Assembly (NCBI GenBank): GCA_044356455.1
Contig: JBIKWF010000076.1
Location: 1-20,849 of the forward strand
Direction of reading: 5' to 3'
Length of the DNA stretch: 20,849 bases
DNA from: Bdellovibrionota bacterium
GTDB taxonomy: Bacteria > Bdellovibrionota_C > UBA2361 > JBGSMV01
This document shows, one piece after another, positions 12,875 through 20,849 of the stretch (positions are counted from its first letter, which is position 1; every line of letters begins with the position of its first letter). The notes beneath the pieces were generated by a model. The model worked only from the letters and a program-made list of their open reading frames with translations, was not told the DNA's origin and did no database searches. Made by a program: the position numbers and the translations under genes.

Positions 12875-15544
12875 ATGGACGAGCATCAACAGATTGTTGA
12901 CGAATTTCTTGTTGAAGCTACAGAAACGCTCGACAATCTTGACCAAGACCTTGTTGCGCTCGAGTCCGACCCCTCGAATAAATCGACGATTAATAAAATT
13001 TTCCGCGCCGTCCATACGCTTAAGGGCACCTGCGGATTTCTTGCCTTCACCAAATTAGAGTCCATCACTCATGTAGGGGAAAACCTACTCGACTCTGCTC
13101 GTGCCGGGCGGCTTCAAATAACTCAGGAAGTCACCACTGGCCTTCTAAAACTCATCGACGCAACTCGAAAAATCTTGGCAAATATAGAAGCCACGCGAAC
13201 TGAAGGCGAGGAGGACTATAGCGAGCTTCGTAACTTACTCGTGCACCTCGCAAGTCAGGCGACTGCAAAATCGGTTCCCATTGAGCTAACTCAAGTGGTT
13301 GAAAGCTCAGAACTTGCTCACGCGGCGGCAGTTCCGCTTGAAACTCCCCCCGCGATTGAGTCCCCGCCCCCAGCCCAAGAGCCGGAGTTTCTCGCCTCAG
13401 TCCTTGCGGAAGCCACGCCTTCAACTTCCGTGAATGTCGAAAAGCCGGCTGACGCAAAGCCAGCTCCAGGTCTCGTGAGTTCAAGTGAAGTTGACGAACT
13501 AGAAAGAATATTCTGGGCGGCCAAGGAGGAAGTCGAGGCGGCAAAGCCCCCCGCATCTGCCTTGCCAGCTACTACCTTGCCAGCCACTGAGTTGCCAGCC
13601 ACTGCCTTGCTAACCACTGCCTTGCTAACCACTGGCGAGGCTCCGGAAGCATGCGCTGCGAAACCGCAGCTTCCCTCGGAAGAGTTCAGTAGCCTCACAG
13701 CCACTACTCCTGCAGCTATTTCCAGTCCCGTACCGACAGCTACCGCGGTGATCCCATGTGAAGCAACACGAGGGATGACAGCAAAAACCACCACGCCTCC
13801 ACCAGCGGAGAAATCTATGACACCCACAAAAGAGAGCCCGGGCGTAGAAGAGGATAAAAAGAGTGCCCTTTCAGACTCATCCCTAAGAGTTGATGTCGCG
13901 CTCCTTGACCAACTGATGAATCTTGTTGGCGAACTCGTGCTTGCACGGAATCAAATACTTCAGTTCACCAAGACACAGACCAACTCGGAATTTGTAAGCA
14001 CTTCTCAACGTCTTAATTTGATTACTTCTGAGTTGCAAGAGCAGGTCATGAAGACTCGCATGCAGCCTATTGCAAATGTCTGGAACAAGTTCCCGCGCGT
14101 GGTACGTGACGTTGCACACCAGTGCGGAAAACAAGTTCGCATAGAAATGGAGGGAAAGGAAACTGACCTCGACAAAACAATCATCGAGGCCATTAAGGAC
14201 CCCCTCACCCACATCGTAAGAAACTCGGTCGATCACGGTATTGAGAAGCCAGACGTTCGAATCGCCAACGGAAAAGAAGCAGAGGGACGACTGCTACTCC
14301 GCGCCTTTCATGAAGGTGGGCACGTAATCATAGAAATCGCTGACGATGGCGCAGGCCTCAACACGGATCGCATTAAGTCGAAGGCGATTGAACGCGGCCT
14401 CATTACTGCCGAGAAAGCGGCGAAGATGAGTGAAAAGGAACTCAACTCTCTCATCTTTTTACCCGGCTTCTCGACCGCAGAACAAGTGACGAATCTTTCA
14501 GGCCGCGGTGTCGGCATGGACGTAGTGCGTTCAAATATTGAGCGTATCGGAGGGAGCACAGACTTGAGTAGCACGTTCGGCAAAGGAACTACTCTGCGAA
14601 TAAAAATACCTCTTACCCTCGCCATTGTGCCCGCGCTTATCGTCTCCTGTGGAGGTGAGCGTTTCGCTATCCCACAAGTGAGTCTTGTCGAACTGATGCG
14701 CGTTGAGGGCAGCAACATTGCAAAGCAAGTGGAATCGATTCATGGATCCAAGTTTTACCGACTTCGCGGCAACTTACTACCGTTGGTGTATCTCTCGGAG
14801 GAGCTCCGTCTGAAACATGACAACTCTGCGAATCTCGAAAAACTGAATATAGTAGTAGTAAAGGCCGAAGAGCGCTCATTCGGGCTTGTGGTAGAGGTTG
14901 TTCATGACACAGAAGAGATCGTAGTCAAACCTCTCGGTAAGCAACTCAAGCAACTAAGTGTGTTCGCTGGGGCCACCATCATGGGAGATGGCCGTATCGC
15001 TCTCATTCTGGATGTGCTTGGCCTTGCTCGTAAAGCTCGGGTAGTAGGCGAAGCGGCAAAGCGCGCGGCTGAGCAAAAGAAGGAAGTGGTCGACACCTCC
15101 GCCGCAAGCAACAGACAAACGTTACTCATTGTCCAGACGGGAAAGGGCACCCGAGCCGCAGTCCCCTTAGCCGCGGTGCATAGGCTTGAGGAGTTCCCGA
15201 TTTCCTCAATCGAACGCGCAAGTGGGACTGAGGTAGTTCAATATCGAGGCGGCATCCTGCCCCTTGTCGATCTTCCGCTTCTCCTTACGGGCTCAGCAAG
15301 TATTGCAAGTGGAGACGGAGACCAGCGGCAGGTGGTGGTCTATTCCACCGGTCGCGGTGTCTGCGGATTCGTAGTGGATCGCATCCTCGATATCGTAGAG
15401 GACCATGTCAATGTGCAAGTAGGGTCCGCGCGGCCAGGAGTGAAAGGCTCAGCTATAATTCAGAAACAAGTAACTGACATGCTCGACCTTGATAAGATTA
15501 TCGAGTCAATGCCGGGCTTCACCTCTTCTTCAACGGTTTCGTAA
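12875..15544 (+). CDS. cheA: Chemotaxis histidine kinase CheA (Hpt, long linker, dimerisation, HATPase, two CheW-like domains)
   Basis: HTLKGTCGFL, LMNLVGELVLARN, HIVRNSVDHGIE, DDGAG, GFST...SGRGVGMDVV, IPLTLAI. Confidence 0.97.
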   Translation: MDEHQQIVDEFLVEATETLDNLDQDLVALESDPSNKSTINKIFRAVHTLKGTCGFLAFTKLESITHVGENLLDSARAGRLQITQEVTTGLLKLIDATRKILANIEATRTEGEEDYSELRNLLVHLASQATAKSVPIELTQVVESSELAHAAAVPLETPPAIESPPPAQEPEFLASVLAEATPSTSVNVEKPADAKPAPGLVSSSEVDELERIFWAAKEEVEAAKPPASALPATTLPATELPATALLTTALLTTGEAPEACAAKPQLPSEEFSSLTATTPAAISSPVPTATAVIPCEATRGMTAKTTTPPPAEKSMTPTKESPGVEEDKKSALSDSSLRVDVALLDQLMNLVGELVLARNQILQFTKTQTNSEFVSTSQRLNLITSELQEQVMKTRMQPIANVWNKFPRVVRDVAHQCGKQVRIEMEGKETDLDKTIIEAIKDPLTHIVRNSVDHGIEKPDVRIANGKEAEGRLLLRAFHEGGHVIIEIADDGAGLNTDRIKSKAIERGLITAEKAAKMSEKELNSLIFLPGFSTAEQVTNLSGRGVGMDVVRSNIERIGGSTDLSSTFGKGTTLRIKIPLTLAIVPALIVSCGGERFAIPQVSLVELMRVEGSNIAKQVESIHGSKFYRLRGNLLPLVYLSEELRLKHDNSANLEKLNIVVVKAEERSFGLVVEVVHDTEEIVVKPLGKQLKQLSVFAGATIMGDGRIALILDVLGLARKARVVGEAAKRAAEQKKEVVDTSAASNRQTLLIVQTGKGTRAAVPLAAVHRLEEFPISSIERASGTEVVQYRGGILPLVDLPLLLTGSASIASGDGDQRQVVVYSTGRGVCGFVVDRILDIVEDHVNVQVGSARPGVKGSAIIQKQVTDMLDLDKIIESMPGFTSSSTVS
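13556..13630 (+). repeat. Five in-frame 15-bp tandem repeats in the CheA linker
   Basis: tctgccttgccagct / actaccttgccagcc / actgagttgccagcc / actgccttgctaacc / actgccttgctaacc. Confidence 0.9.
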
Positions 15545-15552
15545 GGAAACAT

Positions 15553-16017
15553 ATGAGCAGCGATACTACTTCGGCGAGGAGCAGTCAGGAACGCACACAG
15601 TTTGCGACCTTTTTCATCGACAGCATGATGTTCGGCATCAACGTCACGATGGTTCAGGAAGTCATTCGCCTCCAACGCATGACACCTGTTCCGCTTGCTC
15701 CAGATACGGTCGAAGGACTCATTAATCTTCGGGGGCAAATTATTACCGCCTTGGACCTGCGTACGCGGCTCGGCCTTCCTAAACGAAGCGACGAAAAGCC
15801 CCCCATGAACGTCGTCGTAACTACAAACGAGGCCGTAGTAAGCCTACTTGTCGACCGCATTGGGGACGTCGTCGAGGTCGGGCGAGAGCAGTATGAGGAC
15901 ACGCCAGACACGCTCGCCCCCGTTGCCCATTCACTTGTCACAGGTGTTTACAAGCTCAAGGACCAACTCCTGCTTGTGCTCAATGCCGAGAGAGCGGTGG
16001 AGGTACAGACTCATTAA
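15553..16017 (+). CDS. cheW: Chemotaxis adaptor CheW
   Basis: VQEVI, TPVPLAP, GLINLRGQIITALDLR, LLVDRIGDV. Confidence 0.96.
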   Translation: MSSDTTSARSSQERTQFATFFIDSMMFGINVTMVQEVIRLQRMTPVPLAPDTVEGLINLRGQIITALDLRTRLGLPKRSDEKPPMNVVVTTNEAVVSLLVDRIGDVVEVGREQYEDTPDTLAPVAHSLVTGVYKLKDQLLLVLNAERAVEVQTH

Positions 16018-16044
16018 CTCTCTTACGAAAGAGGAACAGAAACT

Positions 16045-18249
16045 ATGGGACGAGAGACACTATTAGTTAATGCGGATGAACCACTCTTTGACCGCCTTGG
16101 GGGAACTCCTGCGGTAAAAGCCACGGTCGACGAATTCTACAAGCGCGTGCTGGCTGATCCGATGCTCAAGGACTTCTTTAAGTCCACGAACCTTAAATGG
16201 CTCAAGCAGCAACAAACCGATTTCTTCACTCAAGCACTTGGTGGCCCGGCAATCTACGATGGAGCGGATATGCGCTCCGCGCATGAAGGGATGGCGATAG
16301 AGTCCAAACATTTTGGGCAAGTCGCAAAACATCTTGCGGGAGCCCTCCGTAGTCTTGGAGTTGCGGAAGAACTTGTTGAGGAGGTTCTCGGGCTCGTAGG
16401 CCCCCTCGCGAGCGTCATTGTTAACACACAGTCAGAAGAGTCAAAGGAAACTATTCAAGGGAAAAGTGAGGGAACTATGAGACCAGGAAGCGAAAACGTG
16501 AATGGAACATCAGGGCACGTTGAACAATCAGATACACAGGTTAGGCAGGATGCTTATCGGCTTGTTGAGAACGCACCGACAAACATTATGTACGCGGACA
16601 AAGACCTCAATATTGTCTATATAAATCCGGCTTCTCGAGCAACACTAGAGAGTCTCGCGCAATACCTCCCAGTGGAAATTGACCAGGTTGTGGGATCTAG
16701 CGTGGATATCTTTCATAAGAACCCAAAGCACCAAAGAAAGATTCTCAGTAATCCCAAGAATCTTCCTGCCAAGGCTATGATCCAAATCGGACCAGAGACG
16801 GCAGACCTGCTCGTAAGCCCGATGTATGATGACTCAGGCAGATACACGGGTCCCATGGTGACCTGGAGCGTGGTTACCGAGAAGATTAAGCTAGAAGCTG
16901 AGCAAGCTCGCATCCAGTCTATGGTGGAGAATGTCCCGATCAACATTATGATGGCTGACCGCGATTTGAACATTCTTTACATGAATCCGGCCTCTACGAA
17001 CACGCTACAAAAGCTCGCGCAGTATCTGCCCGTGCCGGTAGCGAAAGTAGTTGGGTCCTCCATCGATATCTTCCACAAGAATCCTGCACATCAGCGTAAA
17101 ATCCTTGCGGAGCCAAGAAACCTCCCCATAAAGACTACCATTCAGCTTGGACCCGAAACCGCGGAGCTCTTGGTAAGCGCAATCCTTGATAACCAGGGTC
17201 GATACGTAGGGCCAATGGTTACGTGGGAAGTTATCACGGAGAAGCTCCGTCTCATTAAAGAGAACGAAGATCGTCAAGCAAGGGAACGCTCCTCTGCTGA
17301 AGAGCTGCGCACCAAGGTTGATAGCATGCTACAAGTCGTTCAAGCCGCCTCTCAAGGTGACCTCACCAAGCAGGTAACCGTCTCCGGAGACGATGCAATC
17401 GGGAAGATGGGCGAAGGGTTGTCTAAATTCTTGGGAGATCTGAGAAAGATCATCGCTCAGATTGCCGAGAATGCGCACAACCTTGCCGCGTCCTCAGAGG
17501 AGCTCACCGCAGTAGGTACTCAGATGGCAGTTAATGCTGACGAGACTGCGCAGCAATCGAATGTCGTCTCTGCCGCCTCTGAAGAGGTGAGCAAGAATGT
17601 GCAGACGGTGGCTACCGGAACCGAAGAGATGAGCGCAAGCATTCGCGAGATTGCTTCGAACTCGAATGAGGCCGCAAAGGTCGCTACTCAAGCAGTAACG
17701 GTTGCCAAAACAACTAACGAGATAATCTCCAAGCTCGGCGTAAGTAGCGCCGAAATTGGTAAGGTAATCAAAGTTATTACTTCTATTGCGGAACAAACGA
17801 ACTTGCTCGCACTGAATGCGACGATTGAAGCCGCACGAGCAGGAGAGGCCGGAAAGGGCTTCGCCGTCGTAGCCAATGAAGTAAAAGAGCTCGCAAAGGA
17901 AACGGCTAAAGCCACCGAAGAGATCGGTCAAAAGATTGGAGCAATTCAATCTGACACCGGGAGCGCGGTTAAAGCCATTGGCGAGATCGGGGATATCATT
18001 AACAAGATTAATGACATCTCGAATACCATTGCGAGCGCGGTCGAAGAGCAGACGGCAACTACTAACGAAATGACGAGAAACGTCTCTGAAGCTGCACGAG
18101 GCAGCAACGAGATCGCAGAGAACATTTCGAGTGTGGCTAAGGCTGCGCAGAGTACCACCGAGGGAGCTAACAACTCCAAGCAAGCGTCAGCAGAGCTTGC
18201 GAAGATGGCGGCAGCGCTTCAGAAGTTGGTAGGGCAGTTCCAGTACTAA
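16045..18249 (+). CDS. Soluble methyl-accepting chemotaxis protein: group I truncated haemoglobin + 2 Aer2-type PAS + HAMP + signalling domain
   Basis: LFDRLGG...EFYKRVLAD...[10 protein letters not shown]...SAH (2/2 globin); two PAS repeats with DIFHKNPxHQR and terminal [35 protein letters not shown]; no TM segment. Confidence 0.95.
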   Translation: MGRETLLVNADEPLFDRLGGTPAVKATVDEFYKRVLADPMLKDFFKSTNLKWLKQQQTDFFTQALGGPAIYDGADMRSAHEGMAIESKHFGQVAKHLAGALRSLGVAEELVEEVLGLVGPLASVIVNTQSEESKETIQGKSEGTMRPGSENVNGTSGHVEQSDTQVRQDAYRLVENAPTNIMYADKDLNIVYINPASRATLESLAQYLPVEIDQVVGSSVDIFHKNPKHQRKILSNPKNLPAKAMIQIGPETADLLVSPMYDDSGRYTGPMVTWSVVTEKIKLEAEQARIQSMVENVPINIMMADRDLNILYMNPASTNTLQKLAQYLPVPVAKVVGSSIDIFHKNPAHQRKILAEPRNLPIKTTIQLGPETAELLVSAILDNQGRYVGPMVTWEVITEKLRLIKENEDRQARERSSAEELRTKVDSMLQVVQAASQGDLTKQVTVSGDDAIGKMGEGLSKFLGDLRKIIAQIAENAHNLAASSEELTAVGTQMAVNADETAQQSNVVSAASEEVSKNVQTVATGTEEMSASIREIASNSNEAAKVATQAVTVAKTTNEIISKLGVSSAEIGKVIKVITSIAEQTNLLALNATIEAARAGEAGKGFAVVANEVKELAKETAKATEEIGQKIGAIQSDTGSAVKAIGEIGDIINKINDISNTIASAVEEQTATTNEMTRNVSEAARGSNEIAENISSVAKAAQSTTEGANNSKQASAELAKMAAALQKLVGQFQY

Positions 18250-18267
18250 AAAAGTTCTGAAGGAACC

Positions 18268-18346
18268 CTCTCTGTGAACTCTGTGTCCTCTGTGGTTTGT
18301 ATCTCATATTAAAATTAACCACAGAGGGCACAGAGAGCACGGAGAG
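18268..18346. repeat. Palindrome D of the 9-nt-unit family inside the che cluster
   Basis: ctctgtgaa-ctctgtgtc-ctctgtggtt, AT-rich spacer, aaccacagag-ggcacagag-agcacggag. Confidence 0.88.
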
Positions 18347-18481
18347 TACCACGGGGAAGGGTTAATTTTCTGGGCTCGTTAGACATTCTCAGACCAAGGT
18401 ACACGGAAAGGTTCCCCTTGCTCTGACTGCCGCCTGCGACTAAGCAGGCTCGCGAAGGTCAATTTCAGGAGCAAATAGCAT

Positions 18482-18862
18482 ATGGCACCGAAAGCACTTA
18501 TTGTCGATGACTCGACCGCAACAAGATTTATTCTAGCTAAGATGCTCCGTGAGATCGGCTTTGAGTCAGTTCAAGCTGAGGATGGCCAGAAGGCACTCGA
18601 CGTACTTAGAGCAAATAAAGAGGTAACCCTCGCCCTTGTCGACTGGAATATGCCCGTCATGAATGGCTTGGACTTCATTATTGAACTTCGCAAGAACAGC
18701 GACTACTCAAATATGAAAGTGGTAATGGTGACCACCGAAACAGAGATGATGCAGGTCGTGCGCGCCATAGAGGCGGGGGCGAACGAGTATCTCATGAAGC
18801 CATTTACCAAAGACATGGTCCTCGACAAGATGAAGCTCATGGGGCTTGGCACCGATTCGTAA
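18482..18862 (+). CDS. cheY: Chemotaxis response regulator CheY
   Basis: LIVDDS, VDWNMPVMNG, MVTTE, YLMKPFT; AGGAG Shine-Dalgarno; operon context. Confidence 0.93.
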   Translation: MAPKALIVDDSTATRFILAKMLREIGFESVQAEDGQKALDVLRANKEVTLALVDWNMPVMNGLDFIIELRKNSDYSNMKVVMVTTETEMMQVVRAIEAGANEYLMKPFTKDMVLDKMKLMGLGTDS

Positions 18863-18883
18863 CTTTTCTATGCGGGAGAATGT

Positions 18884-19993
18884 GTGGCCAAGATTCGCGT
18901 ACTCATCGTCGATGATGCAGTGGTGATAAGAAAGATCCTATCGGATACCCTTGCCCAAGATCCGGATATTGAAATTGTGGGTCTCGCGGCCAATGGCAAG
19001 ATTGCGGTACAGAAGATTACGCAGTGCAATCCCGATATCATTACTCTCGATGTTGAAATGCCAGAAATGAATGGCATAGAAACAGTCAAAAAAATTCGAG
19101 AAACTCATCCCAAGCTTCCCATCATCATGTTCAGCACTCTCACCGAACGCGGAGCGGAGGTAACTCTTGAGGCCCTAAGTGCGGGGGCAAGTGACTATGT
19201 CACCAAGCCAGCAAACGTTGGAAGCGTCGCAAATGCAAAGGAAATGGTTAAGAGCGAGATGCTTGCAAAGATTAAAAGCCTCACACGCCATTCGCCCCAG
19301 ATGCTGCTTGCAGAGGCTGGTGCGCCGACACCGCCCAGACCATCGAAGCCACAAGCCGCTCTTTCACCCAGGGCTCACTCATCAATCAGAGTTCCCCTTG
19401 AAATGGTATGTATCGGTGTCTCAACCGGCGGACCTAATGCACTTGCGGCTTTGCTACCCACGCTCCCTGCCACTTTTCCACTACCGATTGTAATTGTTCA
19501 GCACATGCCTCCTCTCTTTACTAAAATGCTCGCTCAGCGACTCGACGCGCAGTGCAACCTGCGGGTGCATGAAGGGACTGAGGGAATGAAAGTCATGCCC
19601 GGGAATATTTATATTGCCCCTGGCAACTTCCACATGGAACTGCGGCGAAGTGATTTTCTCTACCTGACGCTTCATCAGGGCCCCCAGGAGAATTCATGTC
19701 GTCCTGCGGTGGATCCCCTTTTTAGATCAGTAGTGAGCCTCTTTGGTGCAGGCACGCTCGGCATTATTCTTACGGGGATGGGGCAGGACGGCCTTAATGG
19801 CTGCGCTCATATCCGTGAAATCGGTGGGCAGATAATCGCTCAGGACGAAGCGTCAAGCGTGGTTTGGGGAATGCCTGGCTACGTCGCAAACGCAGGACTT
19901 GCGGATGTCGTCCTGCCGCTTGACAAGATCGGAGCTGAAATAGTCGCCCGCGTTGTTAAACGCGGTGCGTCACTTCACGCGGCGCGAATTTAA
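18884..19993 (+). CDS. cheB: Chemotaxis methylesterase CheB (receiver + esterase domains)
   Basis: TLDVEMP, GVSTGGP, VQHMP, RPAVD, LTGMGQDG. Confidence 0.97.
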   Translation: MAKIRVLIVDDAVVIRKILSDTLAQDPDIEIVGLAANGKIAVQKITQCNPDIITLDVEMPEMNGIETVKKIRETHPKLPIIMFSTLTERGAEVTLEALSAGASDYVTKPANVGSVANAKEMVKSEMLAKIKSLTRHSPQMLLAEAGAPTPPRPSKPQAALSPRAHSSIRVPLEMVCIGVSTGGPNALAALLPTLPATFPLPIVIVQHMPPLFTKMLAQRLDAQCNLRVHEGTEGMKVMPGNIYIAPGNFHMELRRSDFLYLTLHQGPQENSCRPAVDPLFRSVVSLFGAGTLGIILTGMGQDGLNGCAHIREIGGQIIAQDEASSVVWGMPGYVANAGLADVVLPLDKIGAEIVARVVKRGASLHAARI

Positions 19994-20011
19994 TTTTTAA
20001 GATGGGGCCCT

Positions 20012-20833
20012 ATGGGAATTAGTGGAAATGATTTTGAGTATCTGACTTCAATCATTCGCCAGGATTCGGCCATTGTGCTTGAGAAGGGCAAAGAATACCT
20101 CATCGAGTCGCGCCTTGCTCCCGTGGTAAAGGAACACGGATTGGAGTCGCTTGAGCAATTAGTCGCGAAGCTTAAGAATCCAGGTTCAACTTTTTTACGC
20201 GCGGAGGTAGTTGAAGCACTTACCACGAATGAAACTTCCTTCTTTAGAGACATAGAGCCGTTCGAGGTGCTTAAGAGCACCCTCATCCCCGAGCTGATAC
20301 AAAAGCGCAAAGACAAGAAGCAACTCTCTCTTTGGTGCGCTGCAAGCTCAACTGGGCAAGAACCATATACCGTGGCGATGTTGATACGTGAACATTTTCC
20401 TCAACTTAACGATTGGAAGATTACTTTCATCGCAACCGATCTCTCAAAGGAGGTTCTAGAAAAGGCGCGCTCCGGCGTGTTTTCTCAAATGGAAGTGAAT
20501 CGCGGCCTTCCCGTCACCTATTTGGTCAAATATTTCGAGAAGATTGGATCTGACTTCAGAATCAAGGAAAGCATCCGAAAAATGGTGCGATTTGAGGAGC
20601 TCAATCTCATTAAGCCCTTTACTATCATTCCTGAAGTAGATCTCGTGATGATACGAAACGTCCTGATCTATTTCGATGTGCAGGTAAAGAGAGAGATTCT
20701 TGGCAAAATTAGAAAGGTTCTTCGCTCAGATGGCTATTTGATTTTGGGGGCTGCTGAGACTACTCTGAACTTAGACGAGAAATTTGAACGGCGTGCAGTA
20801 GGGAAATCCAGCTGCTATCATCAGAAGGGATGA
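20012..20833 (+). CDS. cheR: Chemotaxis methyltransferase CheR
   Basis: TTNETSFFRD, WCAASSTGQEPY, ATDLS, RNVLIYF, LILGAAET. Confidence 0.97.
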   Translation: MGISGNDFEYLTSIIRQDSAIVLEKGKEYLIESRLAPVVKEHGLESLEQLVAKLKNPGSTFLRAEVVEALTTNETSFFRDIEPFEVLKSTLIPELIQKRKDKKQLSLWCAASSTGQEPYTVAMLIREHFPQLNDWKITFIATDLSKEVLEKARSGVFSQMEVNRGLPVTYLVKYFEKIGSDFRIKESIRKMVRFEELNLIKPFTIIPEVDLVMIRNVLIYFDVQVKREILGKIRKVLRSDGYLILGAAETTLNLDEKFERRAVGKSSCYHQKG

Positions 20834-20849
20834 TGGAACGTGAGATTGT
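20830..20849 (+). CDS. Probable start of the next gene in the cluster (MMEREI..., truncated by the window)
   Basis: ATGATG overlaps the cheR TGA (translational-coupling pattern); too short to identify. Confidence 0.35.

Noticed and set aside
728..18249. A single redox/O2-stress island (cytochrome, OsmC, RidA, DUF420-like, ABC1, globin receptor)
   Set aside because: The genes are on mixed strands in separate units with no shared regulatory motif seen; the theme is suggestive only
13152..18352. Numerous antisense ORFs over cheA, cheW and mcp (e.g. 13318-13827, 17494-18183, 18167-18352)
   Set aside because: Shadow frames of well-supported genes or translations of repeats

Overview
Bacterial genomic window with about 20 protein-coding genes and intergenic spacers unusually dense in small repeat elements. 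The left edge carries the 5' part of a GxxExxY (PD-(D/E)XK-type) gene that the ORF track missed. It is followed by a secreted CxxCH/TPR-like protein, a phosphofructokinase with an atypical GGEG motif, RidA, CheY-like, OsmC, several secreted hypotheticals, a DUF420-like membrane protein, a receiver protein and an ABC1/UbiB kinase. The right 8.6 kb is a chemosensory cluster: stand-alone Hpt, cheA, cheW, a soluble receptor (2/2 truncated globin + two Aer2-type PAS + HAMP + MCP domain), cheY, cheB and cheR. The most striking non-coding content is: (i) a dispersed family of palindromes built from 8-9-nt units (CRC(G/A)GAG core), one arm of which abuts the GxxExxY start codon; (ii) three-layer nested elements whose core is inverted relative to an IS5-like shell between two copies; (iii) a 113-bp MITE present twice that carries tandem NrdR-box-like motifs and sits just upstream of, and in frame with, two genes. 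All calls come from reading the sequence by eye; no searches were run.
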